A stretch of 64,000 bases of DNA from Antechinus flavipes (lineage: Eukaryota), in assembly GCF_016432865.1 (NCBI RefSeq), contig NC_067399.1, forward strand, positions 218,984,001 through 219,048,000, given 5' to 3'. Made by a program: the position numbers and the translations under genes. Every line of letters starts with the position of its first letter. The first letter of the stretch is position 1. The notes under the pieces are model-generated. The model was not told the origin of the DNA and did not search any database. It was given only the letters and a program-made list of their open reading frames with translations. This document shows, in pieces, positions 12,895 to 24,500 of the stretch.

Positions 12895-13125
12895 AGCACC
12901 ACAATGCACAGAATGCTGGGCCTATAGGCAGGAAAACTCATCTTCCTGAATTCAAATCTGGTTTCAGTCACTTACTAGTAGTGTGACCTTGGGCAAGTCC
13001 CTTAATCTTGTTGACCTCAGTTTCCTGTAAAATGAGCTAGAGAATGAAATGGCCAACCACTCCAGTATCTCTGCTAAGAAAACCCCAAATGAAGTCATGA
13101 AGAGTTGGACATGACTGAAACTTCT
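12895..13125 (+). mobile_element. MAR1-type CORE-SINE (representative copy)
   Basis: MIR core plus tail ccactccagtatct.tgc.aagaaaaccccaaat...gacatgactga. Other copies at about 1378-1572 (+), 6165-6375 (-), 16068-16310 (-), 58293-58525 (+), 61225-61365 (+) and 62200-62420 (+). Confidence 0.7.
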
Positions 13126-16100
13126 GAATTTCAAGTCAAGAAGACCCGAGTTCAAATCTTGATGCAGACACTTCCTAGCTGTATAACTGTGGGCATGTCA
13201 TACGATCCCTGCCTCAGTTTCCTCATCTGTAAAATGAGAATTATGATATCTACTGCTCAGGAAATTGTGAAGATAAAATGAGAAAATATTTATAAAATAC
13301 ATAGCAAACCTCAAAGAGCTATATACTTGCTGGCTATAATTAAATAATAGTATTGATATTTAAAGTCAAGTGCTCCAATTATAAATATGGCACTCTTTCT
13401 AGGACTGCTTAAGGCAGATTCCTGAGATAATTCAAGTAAAAGTGTTTTGTAATTTTAAATCGCTGTATAAGATCATCACCACTGTCATCATCACCATTGT
13501 CACTGTTGTCATCATCATTATCATATTCAGGAATGAAAAGATTCAATTTCTTTGGGTAATGTATTCCAAGGTCTAAAAGTCTGTTAAATTGGGAAATTGT
13601 CCCCTTAAAGTCTACTCTTTTGAGAATAAAAACTTCATTTATTATTCTGTCCCTGGTAAACACAGGGACCAGGATGACTACCTAGGGACATTTATAAGAT
13701 CATAGAACTTACAGCTGAAAAAGTTCTAAAAAGATCATATAGTAGTAGAAGCAAAAATAATGGATGTATTTCTCCCCAGCATTTTAAGGCTTGCAAAGTG
13801 CTTCAAGTCCCTTGTCTCAAGGCAGGTCTTTTTACTATTGATTCCCTCATGTCCAAGGTCACTCAAACATGGAGTAGAATCATGATTTAAGCCCAACTCT
13901 TCTGCTTCTAAGTCTAAAATTTCTTCTTTTCTAGGATACTCGAGTCAGAATATCTAGAATAGTCTAGAATGCTAGAATGCCAGAACTAGTAAGAACTTCT
14001 GAGATTATTAAATTTCCCCAGCCCCATTTTCCAGATGGGGAAACTAAGGCCAGAGAACTAGTCACTTAGAGAACTAAGGTGAAAAGCAGATCTGGAAACC
14101 AAGACCAAGGCTATAACACCATCCTCAAGCACTGACTCTCTTATCCCTCTTCCCCATCCAGACTAAACAATGCCCATTTTCTTTGCCAGAAATTTATTTG
14201 TGAGGCAAAGAAACTTTACCTGATTCAACCTTTGCTCCCCTCAGGCTACCTACAGCACAACCTTGGACAGGAGGAATAGACCATCTCCTGTGTATTGTGA
14301 CTTATTAGCATATAGTGAATGTGCTGCTTCTAATTATATAAAATAACAATAATCCACTGCTATTTAGCATCTGACTTTTTTACATGTTGAAAATATTGCA
14401 AAGTATTGTGGAAATTGCTTTATAATAAAAGAAGCATTGTGCTAAAAAAAATAATAATAAAGCAAGATAAGCATATAGCTTCTTTTCCTTTCACCTGACA
14501 ATTAGGTGTTATTATGGGCTCTCCATCGCTCCCTCTGTCACTCCACCCCCGGTTCTTGAGAACTAGTGTTACTGTCCCAGTCAGTAATTAGACACTCATA
14601 TGTAGGCGAGATGTCACTTGAGGGCCAGAGACGGAATTGGAATCCGGTGACTGAGTTTCCTACCTATCTTTTTAGCTGTATTGTGTTTAAATGCTTCCCG
14701 GAATGCCAGAGATTATGACAGACGATGATAAAATCTCATGCCCTGGCAGTCCAGGCACTGCTCAGCCCAGTTGGCCCTTATCAACAAGACTTAAAGAACT
14801 GGTTAAATGCTTAAGAAGGCTTCAGTGCAGCCAATGTCTCTGTTGTCTTCTCAGGATGGTAGGAAAGGGTAGGGGTTGAGAAGCAGGTCTGACTCTTCCT
14901 GATGCAGTAAATGTCCTGGGGTTGGAGCACATAAACTTAGTGGGCCATCAGTAAACCAAGCAACCCGTGATCCAGGACAGAGCCATTTGTTTTCCAGGAA
15001 TGGGTTTAAAAGGTCCTAGGAGGGCTGAGTACACTAAATGCTTGCTTTTACAAATAGTCTATCTTTTTACGAGGCAGACAGGTCTCTTTCTACCAGCATA
15101 TACTCAAATTACCTTAGTCACCACTTCCCATTATTTTAAATTAAAGTTAGGAAATCCTAGAATGTCAGAGCCAATGTCCTTTCCCTCCCTGTCACCCCAC
15201 CTTCCTCCACTGGAGTGAATCTCTACCTCAGACCTCATATAACCCTTGAGTAAGGTATTTATCATGAGGCAGCTGCTGGCCTCTTGGCCTGGAAACATCA
15301 AGATTTGAATTTAAATCTGGCTGCAGAGACTCACTAGTTGTGTGACCCTGTTTGCCTCAGTTTCCCCATCTGTAAAATGAGGATAATAACAGTCCTTTCC
15401 TTGCAGGATTGCTGTGAGGGTTAAATGAGATAATATTTGTAAATGTGCTAAGCACAGTGCCTGATCATATATACTTATTCCCTTCCTTCTTCCTTCCCCA
15501 TTTATCATGAAATACTGTTAAGTGACTACTATTCCATGTGTTTATGCCGTAGTCCCCTAAATCCTAGGTTCACAGTACAACAAAGCCAAGGATTTGGAGA
15601 TGGAGGATCTGGGTTTGAAAATACTTTCTCCGGGCCTTCCTAAATCCCTAAATCAGGTTTTAGTAGATTACATGCAAGATTCTTCCCAAACTTTAACACC
15701 ATATAATTTAAAATATCCCATCTCCCTCAGCACTTAGTTCAGTGACATTTAATAAATATGTTATTAATTGGGACTTTAGAAGCTCTCTCATTTTTCAGAG
15801 AGGTAATGACTCGTCCAAGCTTCTGAGGAACATTCCTTTAGGATGCTCTTCAGAATTGAAGCACCACTATTAGACCTTGGAGTTTTCTTTAATGAGATGG
15901 AGTTATTGTTTTTGTTTTTGTTAATTGCATAGAATAAGGATTTTAAAATTTTATTTATTTTTGAACAAGGAATTTTTAACCCCATATCATCTCAAAAGAC
16001 ACAGGTTAGGATCAAGAATGTAACTTTCTTAATTAAACTGTACCAAAGTCAAATGGCCTGAGTTGGAATGTTGTTGTTCAGTCATTTTTCAGTCATGTCT

Positions 16101-16466
16101 GATTCTCCATGACTCCATGTAGGATTTTTTTCAGCCAAGATACTGGAGGGGTCTGCCATTTCTTTCTCCAACTCATTTAACAGATGAGGAAACTGAGGCA
16201 CACAGGCTTAAGTGACTTGCCATGGTCACAAAGCTATTAACCCTCTGAGGCCAGATTTAACTTCAGAAAGATGAGTTTTCTTGAACCCAGGCTGATATTC
16301 TACCCACCACCCCAGGTTTGGAAAATAGGAAGTGTGATCTTGGTATTTATTTGGAGATAGGAAACCTGTATTTAAATGCCAGCTTGAATATTTATTACCT
16401 ATGGGACATTGGGTGAATCACTCAGTTTTTTTCATTTGTAAAATGGTAGGTATAATACGACTAGAG

Positions 16467-16695
16467 CAGGGGTTCTTAACCATTTTTAGGGTATTATGGG
16501 CATTTTTAGAAGTCTGGTGAAGTTCATGGGCCTCCTCAGAATAACAGTTTAAAATGCATAATATAAAATATATAAATTATATATACACATATATATAATA
16601 TAGAATTACAAAGAAAACCAATTATGTTGAAAAATAGCTATCAAAGTTTCTTTTTTTTAAAAAGAAGTTCATGAACCCCAGATTAAGAACCCCCG
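16467..16695. mobile_element. Charlie-type hAT MITE (Charlie4-like)
   Basis: TIRs CAGGGGTTCTTAACC / GATTAAGAACCCCCG. TSD not preserved. Confidence 0.65.
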
Positions 16696-16735
16696 TGCTA
16701 CTTGATTCTAAACCCCTTTTTAGCTCAGTCGATTC

Positions 16736-16887
16736 TTTTTTTTTTTTTTTTGCTGAGGCAATTAGGATTAAGTGATTTGCCCAGGGTCACACAGCTAGGA
16801 AGTGTTAAGTGTCTGAGGACACATTTGAACTCAGGTCCTCCTGATTTCAGGGATGGTGCTCTATCCACTGTACCACCTAGCTGCCCC
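16736..16887 (-). mobile_element. WSINE1-like short tRNA-derived SINE
   Basis: Reverse GGGGCAGCTAGGTGG...GAGTTCAAAT...GACACTTAACACTTCCTAGCTGTGTGACCCTGGGCAA... with poly-A tail. Confidence 0.8.
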
Positions 16888-17616
16888 AAGTCCATTATTC
16901 TTTGTAGTTCCCAATCCCTGGAGTTTTATGAGCAGAGGCTGGATGGCAGGTATTAGGATGGAATAGAGGTGATTCTTGCTCAGCAACAGGTTGGACTAAC
17001 TGAACTCTGAGTCTCTGAGACTGAAATAGTCTCTTGTTCCTTACAGAGAATGGACACCAGGGAGTATGGAGGGAGGAGAAGGTCACTATTGCTCAAGGTC
17101 CTCTCAGGCTTTTCTAAATTCACAGGGAGGGCCAACAATTCCTTTGAGTCCTAAGTAGGAAATTCTTAGCCCCAGAGGATAAATTAGAAGGTGGAACACA
17201 TTGTTCTAATCTACAAAGTGCAGAGAATGCCATATGTATTTAGAGTTGGGCTGGATGACTGAAGGTGTTTATTAGGGAATACTCAACATGATCTGAAGAT
17301 AGGAAAACAAACAGAGATGGCTGCAGGGTATAGTTTGTTACGGAAAATTACTAAGTTACCCAGGTTTCATCTGAGCATAGGAAAAAGTATTTTTAATCAG
17401 CTCCAAAGGTGACTTCAGGCACGGTCTGACTTTTTCTTCCTTTGCCGTACATTTCTCTGCTGTCTGTAGGTAATTCAGTTACTGTAATTTCCCACCCTTG
17501 ACCCCCACTCAAGGGGTTTGACTTTAGACAGGATGACTGGAGGAGGGGAGGGAGAAACTAGTGGTATAAATGAATGCATTCTGGTTTCTAGCAATGACGA
17601 TAGCCCCATAGCCTAC

Positions 17617-17722
17617 CATCATTGTTTGTGTCCATCTGCCGGAATATTTTGTCCGTTCGCTTCTCGGGAGTGGACTCATCTTCAGGCATTTTCATTACTG
17701 AAGATACCATTTTGTATATGGC
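17617..17722 (-). CDS. HPCAL1: HPCAL1 coding exon 2 (106 nt, [36 protein letters not shown])
   Basis: In-frame continuation. Acceptor TTTTCCAG|GCC at 17723-17725, donor G|GTAGGC at 17616. Phase 0 in, phase 1 out. Confidence 0.98.
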
Positions 17723-20700
17723 CTGGAAAAGTACAAGGAAGAAGTTTTTAAGGACTCTGGAAAGCTCCAGGGTGAGAAAAAGATCTAAGATCATTACCCA
17801 GTTTGCAAACGCAGTACTTGATGAGTTGGGACTTTATATAGCCAGAATGAAAAAAGGAAAAACTAGTTAAACCGTTCTATCCTTTCCTACCACCCACACC
17901 ACTCTAATGATGCATGGTGAAAGGAAAGGTTTGGAAGCAAAATTCGATGAGTGAGAGATGTTTCCCAATATACTAATCATTGGACCATTTAGAGCAGGAT
18001 CTCTGATGTGACTAGCTGCTACCAGAGTTTCAGGTTATCATTAACTAAAGCTTTCTCTGTCAGGTCTCTAATATCACAGCAGGGATTTGTTAGTTGCCAG
18101 CTAGTTAAGAGCTTACCATAAAAGAATGGGGCTAACATCATTAGGGCTTTCATAACCAAGTACATATAAATTTGAGAATCTCTAAAATCCTGCTGAGTCA
18201 TATCTAAGGCTTATAAGCACTTTCTCCTGTAGTCTCACAAAAGTACTTAGTTTCATGAACTTGTCCAGTAATGCTGGACTTTATCATATTTACCTTCTAG
18301 ACTAAGCTCCATATAGGCAAGGAAAATGTCTTATCTAACTCATCTTGGCACAGAGCTCTGCACATAGTACTTAATAATTATTCTTTTATAAAAGAAGCAT
18401 AATAACCATTTATAATTATGTACCTAGTGATAAACATGGCACACTGAAAACATCAGAAGATACTGATCAGATTTTCAGGTTTCAGGATTTTGATGCTGAT
18501 AGAACAATCCTGAATTAAGTCCCATTTGGGTGAACCTTAGTTTTCCCTCATCTGGAGTCAGAGCCAAATACCTCAATGGTTGGCAGTGATAACTGAGTCT
18601 TTTGCTGATAGAATATCTACCTAAAAATAGGTCAGTTTTTATATATAAGCTAGGGTGTAACATATAAATGAGCCCACAGAAAATAGAGCTCTGTTTTCTA
18701 TCTTAGGTTTACATGTAAGAAACAGATAGGTGGCAATTGAAACATATACCTTAACATAAAGATGTCTCACAATTTAATCTATGCATGTTAAACTCAACCT
18801 ATTTGAGGGAGTGATAGAACAGATTAACGATTGATCTATCCTGGAGAGTATGAAAATGCCTTTCACGGGAGTGGTACCTCCCCATCCTTTCCTCCCCCAG
18901 AGGAGGATGGCACAGAGAAGATGGTAGCCCAAAGTGTTCCAATATATCTTTCTGCCATGGTGTTCTTGGCTCTGAATAGGTTCCAGGAGGCCAGGACTCT
19001 CATTTCAACTTTTTGCATTCATAGAAGAGAGATGAATCCATGAAGAGAACTAGTTTTCCTCTGGAACTCAGAAGTTAAAGATCTAAATTTAATTGTATTA
19101 CTGTCATAATTGAGAGACTATTTTGCCAATTATAGAGCAGTATGTAAATATCAATTACAACTCTTCTTGTTATTATTTTTTCTTCTTCCGCTCAAAGAAA
19201 GGGTGGATGATCTATAGCATGTGAGCTGAAGATGACATGCCATTAATAGGATCTGGGCTAAGACAAATAGGATTACTCTCAAAGAAAACTGGGAAATCAG
19301 TTTGTCTTTGGCCCTTTCCCAGCTCTGCCTAGATGGGTGATTTGGGGCAATTCATTAATCATGTCTGAATTTTAGTTTCCTTCTTTCTTTAAAATGGGAA
19401 GACTGAATTATGACAGCGATGGTCCTTTCTCATGTTTTAATTCCTTCTTTTCTTCCTGGTAACTAGATGCCTAACAGTTCCGGCTCATTCTTGCTTTTAG
19501 CTAACACACCATTTATTTATCCCTGCTAAGGAGTTAACAAATTACTAAAGCCACAGGAATTGGTGATAGCCTGCTATCTCATAAGGTGATTGCACACAGT
19601 AGGTACTCAATACATTTTAAATGGTGATTTAAATATGATTCCTCATAGGGGTTAGTTGCATTTATCTTTTGACCAATCACATTAGCTGCTGTGGGGCTAA
19701 GACTGTTTTCTCAGGGTGTTATTATGCATAAGGTTCAATCACCTCCTTGCCAATCCCAAGGGTGGAGTGAATGAAAAAAGACTGGCATATTTCCTCTGAG
19801 AGATTGCCAATGCATGTCCTCAGGCAATGTTTTTCTCAATGTTAGGGCTTGTCCTACCACACAACCAACCCAAGCAGCTGCTGGGGTCAGCCCAGACCGC
19901 TGAAAACCACTTATGTTCGCATAATGCTTTAGGGGTTACAGCTAGTACTCGGCTTGATCTTCACAAGTCCATGAGGACGTTGTGAAGATAAAGTTTGAGA
20001 ATGGTTATACTCATTGTTCTGATGGGGAAACTGAAGCTTAGGAAGGCCTGAAAACTCGTTTAATGTTGCTGAACTGGCAAAGTTGGTACCTGAATCCAGG
20101 TACTATGCTCGGCTCTTAGGGGGAAATAACCTAAGGATTATTGGGTGAGAAAAGCAAGTCAAAAAACAGGAAATGAGACAGTTTTTACACACACAGGCAC
20201 ATATATATATGTTGATGCTTACTAGCTAAGCAACTATGAACTAGTCATTACCTTTCTGAGACTCATTTTTTTTTACCTGGAAAATGGGCATAATACTAGC
20301 TGTCACAGGTTCCTCCTAGAGTTCTTCAGTGGTACAAATAATATAATGTATGTGAAATCCTTGGTAAATTTTAAACCATTATGTAAAAATCAGCTATTAC
20401 ATTTATTGTAGTTATAGACTTGTCAGCCTTCACATGATTAACTGTTATTACTATTATTATTACTATTATAGATTTCCCAATTTTCATGTGCTTATACCAT
20501 ACAATCCATCATGAAGATACTTCAATTATTCAATTCTAGCTGAAGAGGAAGCAAAAAATGGCCATGTGTCTCAGATAAGGCTTAGAACACAGGGTGAGGA
20601 GGAAGCAATGCTTCATCATTTCTCAAAGGCTGTCAGATCTCAGAGCAGAAGAAGCATTTAGAAGTCAGCAAGTCCAGCTCTCTCCCTGCCTCCCAGAAAT

Positions 20701-21214
20701 GTCATCATCATTATCACCATCATATTTATATGTTTTAAGTTAAAATCCTTTACTACATGCAAATCATTTTATATAATATAATAATTCACATTTATAAAAG
20801 CACTCTGAACTTTACAAAGTGCTTTCTCTGATATTATTGAGGGAATGGCTGCAAGTATCACTGAGGCTCTGAAAGTGAAATGACAAGGCCAGCATCATAG
20901 AACCAACTTTGGAACGGCTACTTGTTGACCCCAAGGCCAGTCCTTTTTCTATTATATCATAGTGGAAATCAGGCCTGAAAAGCAGGCAAATCCCATTTGT
21001 AAAAATGATAATAGAAAGATATCCTTCAATTTCCCTTAGCAAATAAGCTAAATTGATGCCAGTTTAAATAACACCATGCTTAAGGAATTTTACAAGCACC
21101 CTGAGGTCTAGTCCCAGCTCAACGGTTCCTTGCTGTATGATTTTGAACAAGTCACACTGGATGCTCTCTTATGCCCCTTCCAGGGACAGCACATGAGCTT
21201 CCCCGAGTCCTCAC

Positions 21215-21592
21215 CTGTACAATTTCGAGCATCTCCCCACGGCTTATATAGCCATTACCATCCAGGTCATACATGCTAAATGCCCACTTCAGTTTCTGTT
21301 CCAGCTTCCCCCGAGAGGTGACACTCAGGGCAATGATAAATTCCCTGAAATCAATCGTCCCATCACCATTTGTGTCGAAGGTGCGGAAGACATGTTCTGC
21401 AAACTTCGATGCGTCGCCATAGGGGAAGAAGTTGGCGTATATCTTTTTGAATTCATCGACAGTCAAGTGGCCAGTAGGACAGTCCTTTAGAAACCCTTTG
21501 TACCATTCTTGCAGCTCATGGTCAGTGAATTCAGTGTTCTCCCGGAGATCCTGAAGCACCTCAGGACGGAGTTTGCTATTTTGCTTCCCCAT
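21215..21592 (-). CDS. HPCAL1: HPCAL1 coding exon 1 (codons 1-126; myristoylation motif MGKQNS, EF1-EF3)
   Basis: Translates [30 protein letters not shown]...[18 protein letters not shown], matching HPCAL1/VILIP-3 (ENTEFTDHE and HLTVDE distinguish it from HPCA/NCALD as I recall them). 378 nt. ATG in strong context AGAATGG. Donor CAG|GTGAG at 21214. Acceptor TTTTTCAG| at 21620-21618 adds 25 nt of 5' UTR (21593-21617). Confidence 0.98.
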
Positions 21593-24500
21593 TCTGTTGT
21601 CCCAGGGAACTTATAACCTGAAAAACATAGAACTGTGTTCAGTTACAGTTATTTACTATAGTCAATTTATGTAGCACCCAGATTATTCACCTTTTAATAT
21701 TGGGTGGGATGGCCCAGAATTTTGAACTATTCAAGTGAGAGTTTTTCTTCTAATATATTCACAACTTTTTTTTTTTTTAAAGACTCTTTCCTTAAAAGCA
21801 TTCCTCTTTTAAAAGATTTTTCCAGTTTGAGTCCATCCCAGCAATATTTTTCTTTCTTTCCAAAAAAAAATTATTTATTTTTAACATTCTTTAAAGACAA
21901 TTTTCAGTTTTGAATTCTCTCCCTCCCTCCAGGTTCTTCTCCACCCAGTAAGAAGGCAAATAATATGACATTAATTATACATGTGAAATGAAGTAAAACA
22001 TTTTTATATTAGCCTTGCTGTAAAAAAAAACAAAGCAAGTAGAGAAAATGAAAAAATTATATTTGAGTCTGCATTCAGATTTCACAGTTCTCTCTTTAGA
22101 GGTGGACAGTGTTTTTCACCATGAATCCTATGGAATTGTTTTGGACCAATGTATTGTTTAGTTTAGATATGTCTTTTACAGTTGATTAGCATTACATTAT
22201 CTTTTGAATTATCCCTCCTCTCTAGTCCTATTGCTTCAGTTCTATTTTCTCTAGCCCTTGATACCTCCCATCTGAACTATCATAAATGCCTCCTAAAATG
22301 TCTTCCAGCCACCATTTTCTTTCTCTTTCTAGCTTCTACAAGGCTGGTATTCTTTACATACAGATTTGATTACATCATTCTTTTTCTTGAAACTAATCAA
22401 TAATTCCCTAATGTTTAAACCCTAAATGTTCAATACATTCAACTCTTGGACAATCTAAGACTTTCCTTTACAGTCTTATTTTTTATAATTCTCCTTACAT
22501 ACTGTACACTGTCAAACTGGTCTGCTTTCTTCCCCTTGGACATATACCTCCATATTTTTCTTGGCTTTTCCCTCATTTTGCCTGCTTAATTGCTACTCAT
22601 TCTATCAGGTCTAACTTAAATTCTACTCTTCCATGAAGTTGTCTCTGATCCCCTCTTGATAATAATGAACTTTTTGCCCATGGGGTTTCCATAATACTTC
22701 CCATCTTTTGCCCCTCCCTTTAATATACTTTTTATGTAATACTGTATCCTATAGTTATACATATTCATGCACAGCCTCCATGTAGAACATTTCAAGAGGG
22801 CAGGGGTTAAGACTTGTCTAAACTTTTTATTTCACAAGAATTTCAGAACAGGAAAGGTCCACTTGTGCAACTAATCCAACCTACAAATGAACAGGAATCC
22901 CACAGCTAGGTGGCATAGGGGAGGAACAGAGTCCCGGACCTGGAGCCAGGAAGACTTATTCAAATCCTATCTTTCAGACGCGTTTTAGCTGTGTGGCCAC
23001 TTGACTTATGCCTGCCCTCATCAGTAAGACACAGATAATAAAAGCATCTGCCTCCCAGGGTGATTGTGAGGATGTAATGAGATTAATATTTGTAAAACAG
23101 CTTAAGAACTTTAAAATTCTTTATAAATGCTATTATTATCATCATTATTATTAATTATCAAATGCTATGCCATTAGATTGTAAAGTCTGGTAGCATCAAG
23201 AAGGAGGACATGGAAGGGGCAGTATTTGAGCTGGACTCTGAAAAATAAGTAGAGTTTCAAAGGTGGAGAAGATGAAATGGGAAAGTCATTCTATATATAG
23301 GGGACAGCATAAGCAAAAAAAAAAAAAAAAACAGATATAAGAAAGGATAGAGTATGCATCCAGGGAACATAAAGTCTAGTTTAGCTAATATAGAATTTAT
23401 GAAAGGAAGTTGGAAATGTCAGGTCAAAGATAGGGGATTCAAGCCAGGTTGTAGTGGATTTTTGAATGCCAAATTTTGATTTTATTGTTCCATCTTCAAA
23501 CCATAATCTTAGATACAGAAAGACTAAACCAGAGGTAAATATTTATAGAACACAGTCATAGTGAATGTAGGGGAGAATCTCTGTCCCCATTTCGGCACAG
23601 TATAGCATGCACAAAGATAAAATATAAACATGATAGTTTGAGCAATTTTGGCAGAGTACACTATTAAAATGGCTGGCAAATCTCATGGAGATCTAAGTTA
23701 ATTAGATAAGAATCAAACACTCTTTTACCTGGGCTTCAAACACCCATTTTATATATGAAAACTCAGCAACTCAAAGGCGAGGCCCCAGACACCATATGGC
23801 CAAAGAATTTGCAAGCCTCTTGCTCTCTTTTTCATTTTCTAATTCAGTCCATTTATTCCTCCTTTGTCCAACCTCTCTATCAATCCTCATTCAGCTCTGG
23901 GGAAAAAATAACACTAGCTGCTGCTCATTAATGATATATATACAGCAGGCTGAGCCCTAGAGAGGGTGTGTTGCCATTAGCTGCTTCTGTGAAGGAGGCA
24001 GCTCCCAACATTGCAGCCCCTAGGGTTAGTTATTCTTGCTCCATCAATCATTCACGTTTGATTCCCTGTTGCAGCTTTGCTGTTTAAACAAACACAATTT
24101 CCTGGTTTCAGGGAATTTGAACTCAATGCTCCCGGCATCCCCTGAGATGCCAGTTGTCCAGTTGGCTCTGTTTGTCACATCACTAGTGGAGGCATTATGG
24201 TGTGAGAAGGAAGAAAGCTGGCTTTGAAAATAAGCGACTTGAGTTCTAATTTCCAACTCAGAAAAAAATGATCAGTAGCAGGTCACTTCTCTTATGTTGG
24301 TTCTCAATTTCTTTACTTGTAAAAAAAAGAGCTATTTTGAATCAGTGATCTCTAATGAATTTATTATAAAAATTGAGAATTCAGGCAGATCCTAGGCAAT
24401 CTTGGAGACAAGTATGAGCAGGGTATCTTTCCATCCAACATATTTTAATACATCCCAATAATGACCTATAGGCAGGGGAGAATTAAGAAGAACCCAATAC

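Noticed and set aside
17622-17870. 82-aa plus-strand ORF overlapping coding exon 2
   Set aside because: Antisense shadow of a real exon; no independent support.
21168-21190. REST/NRSE-like site near the exon 1 donor
   Set aside because: Only the right half (GGACAGCAC) matches; the left half TTCAGCACC is absent.
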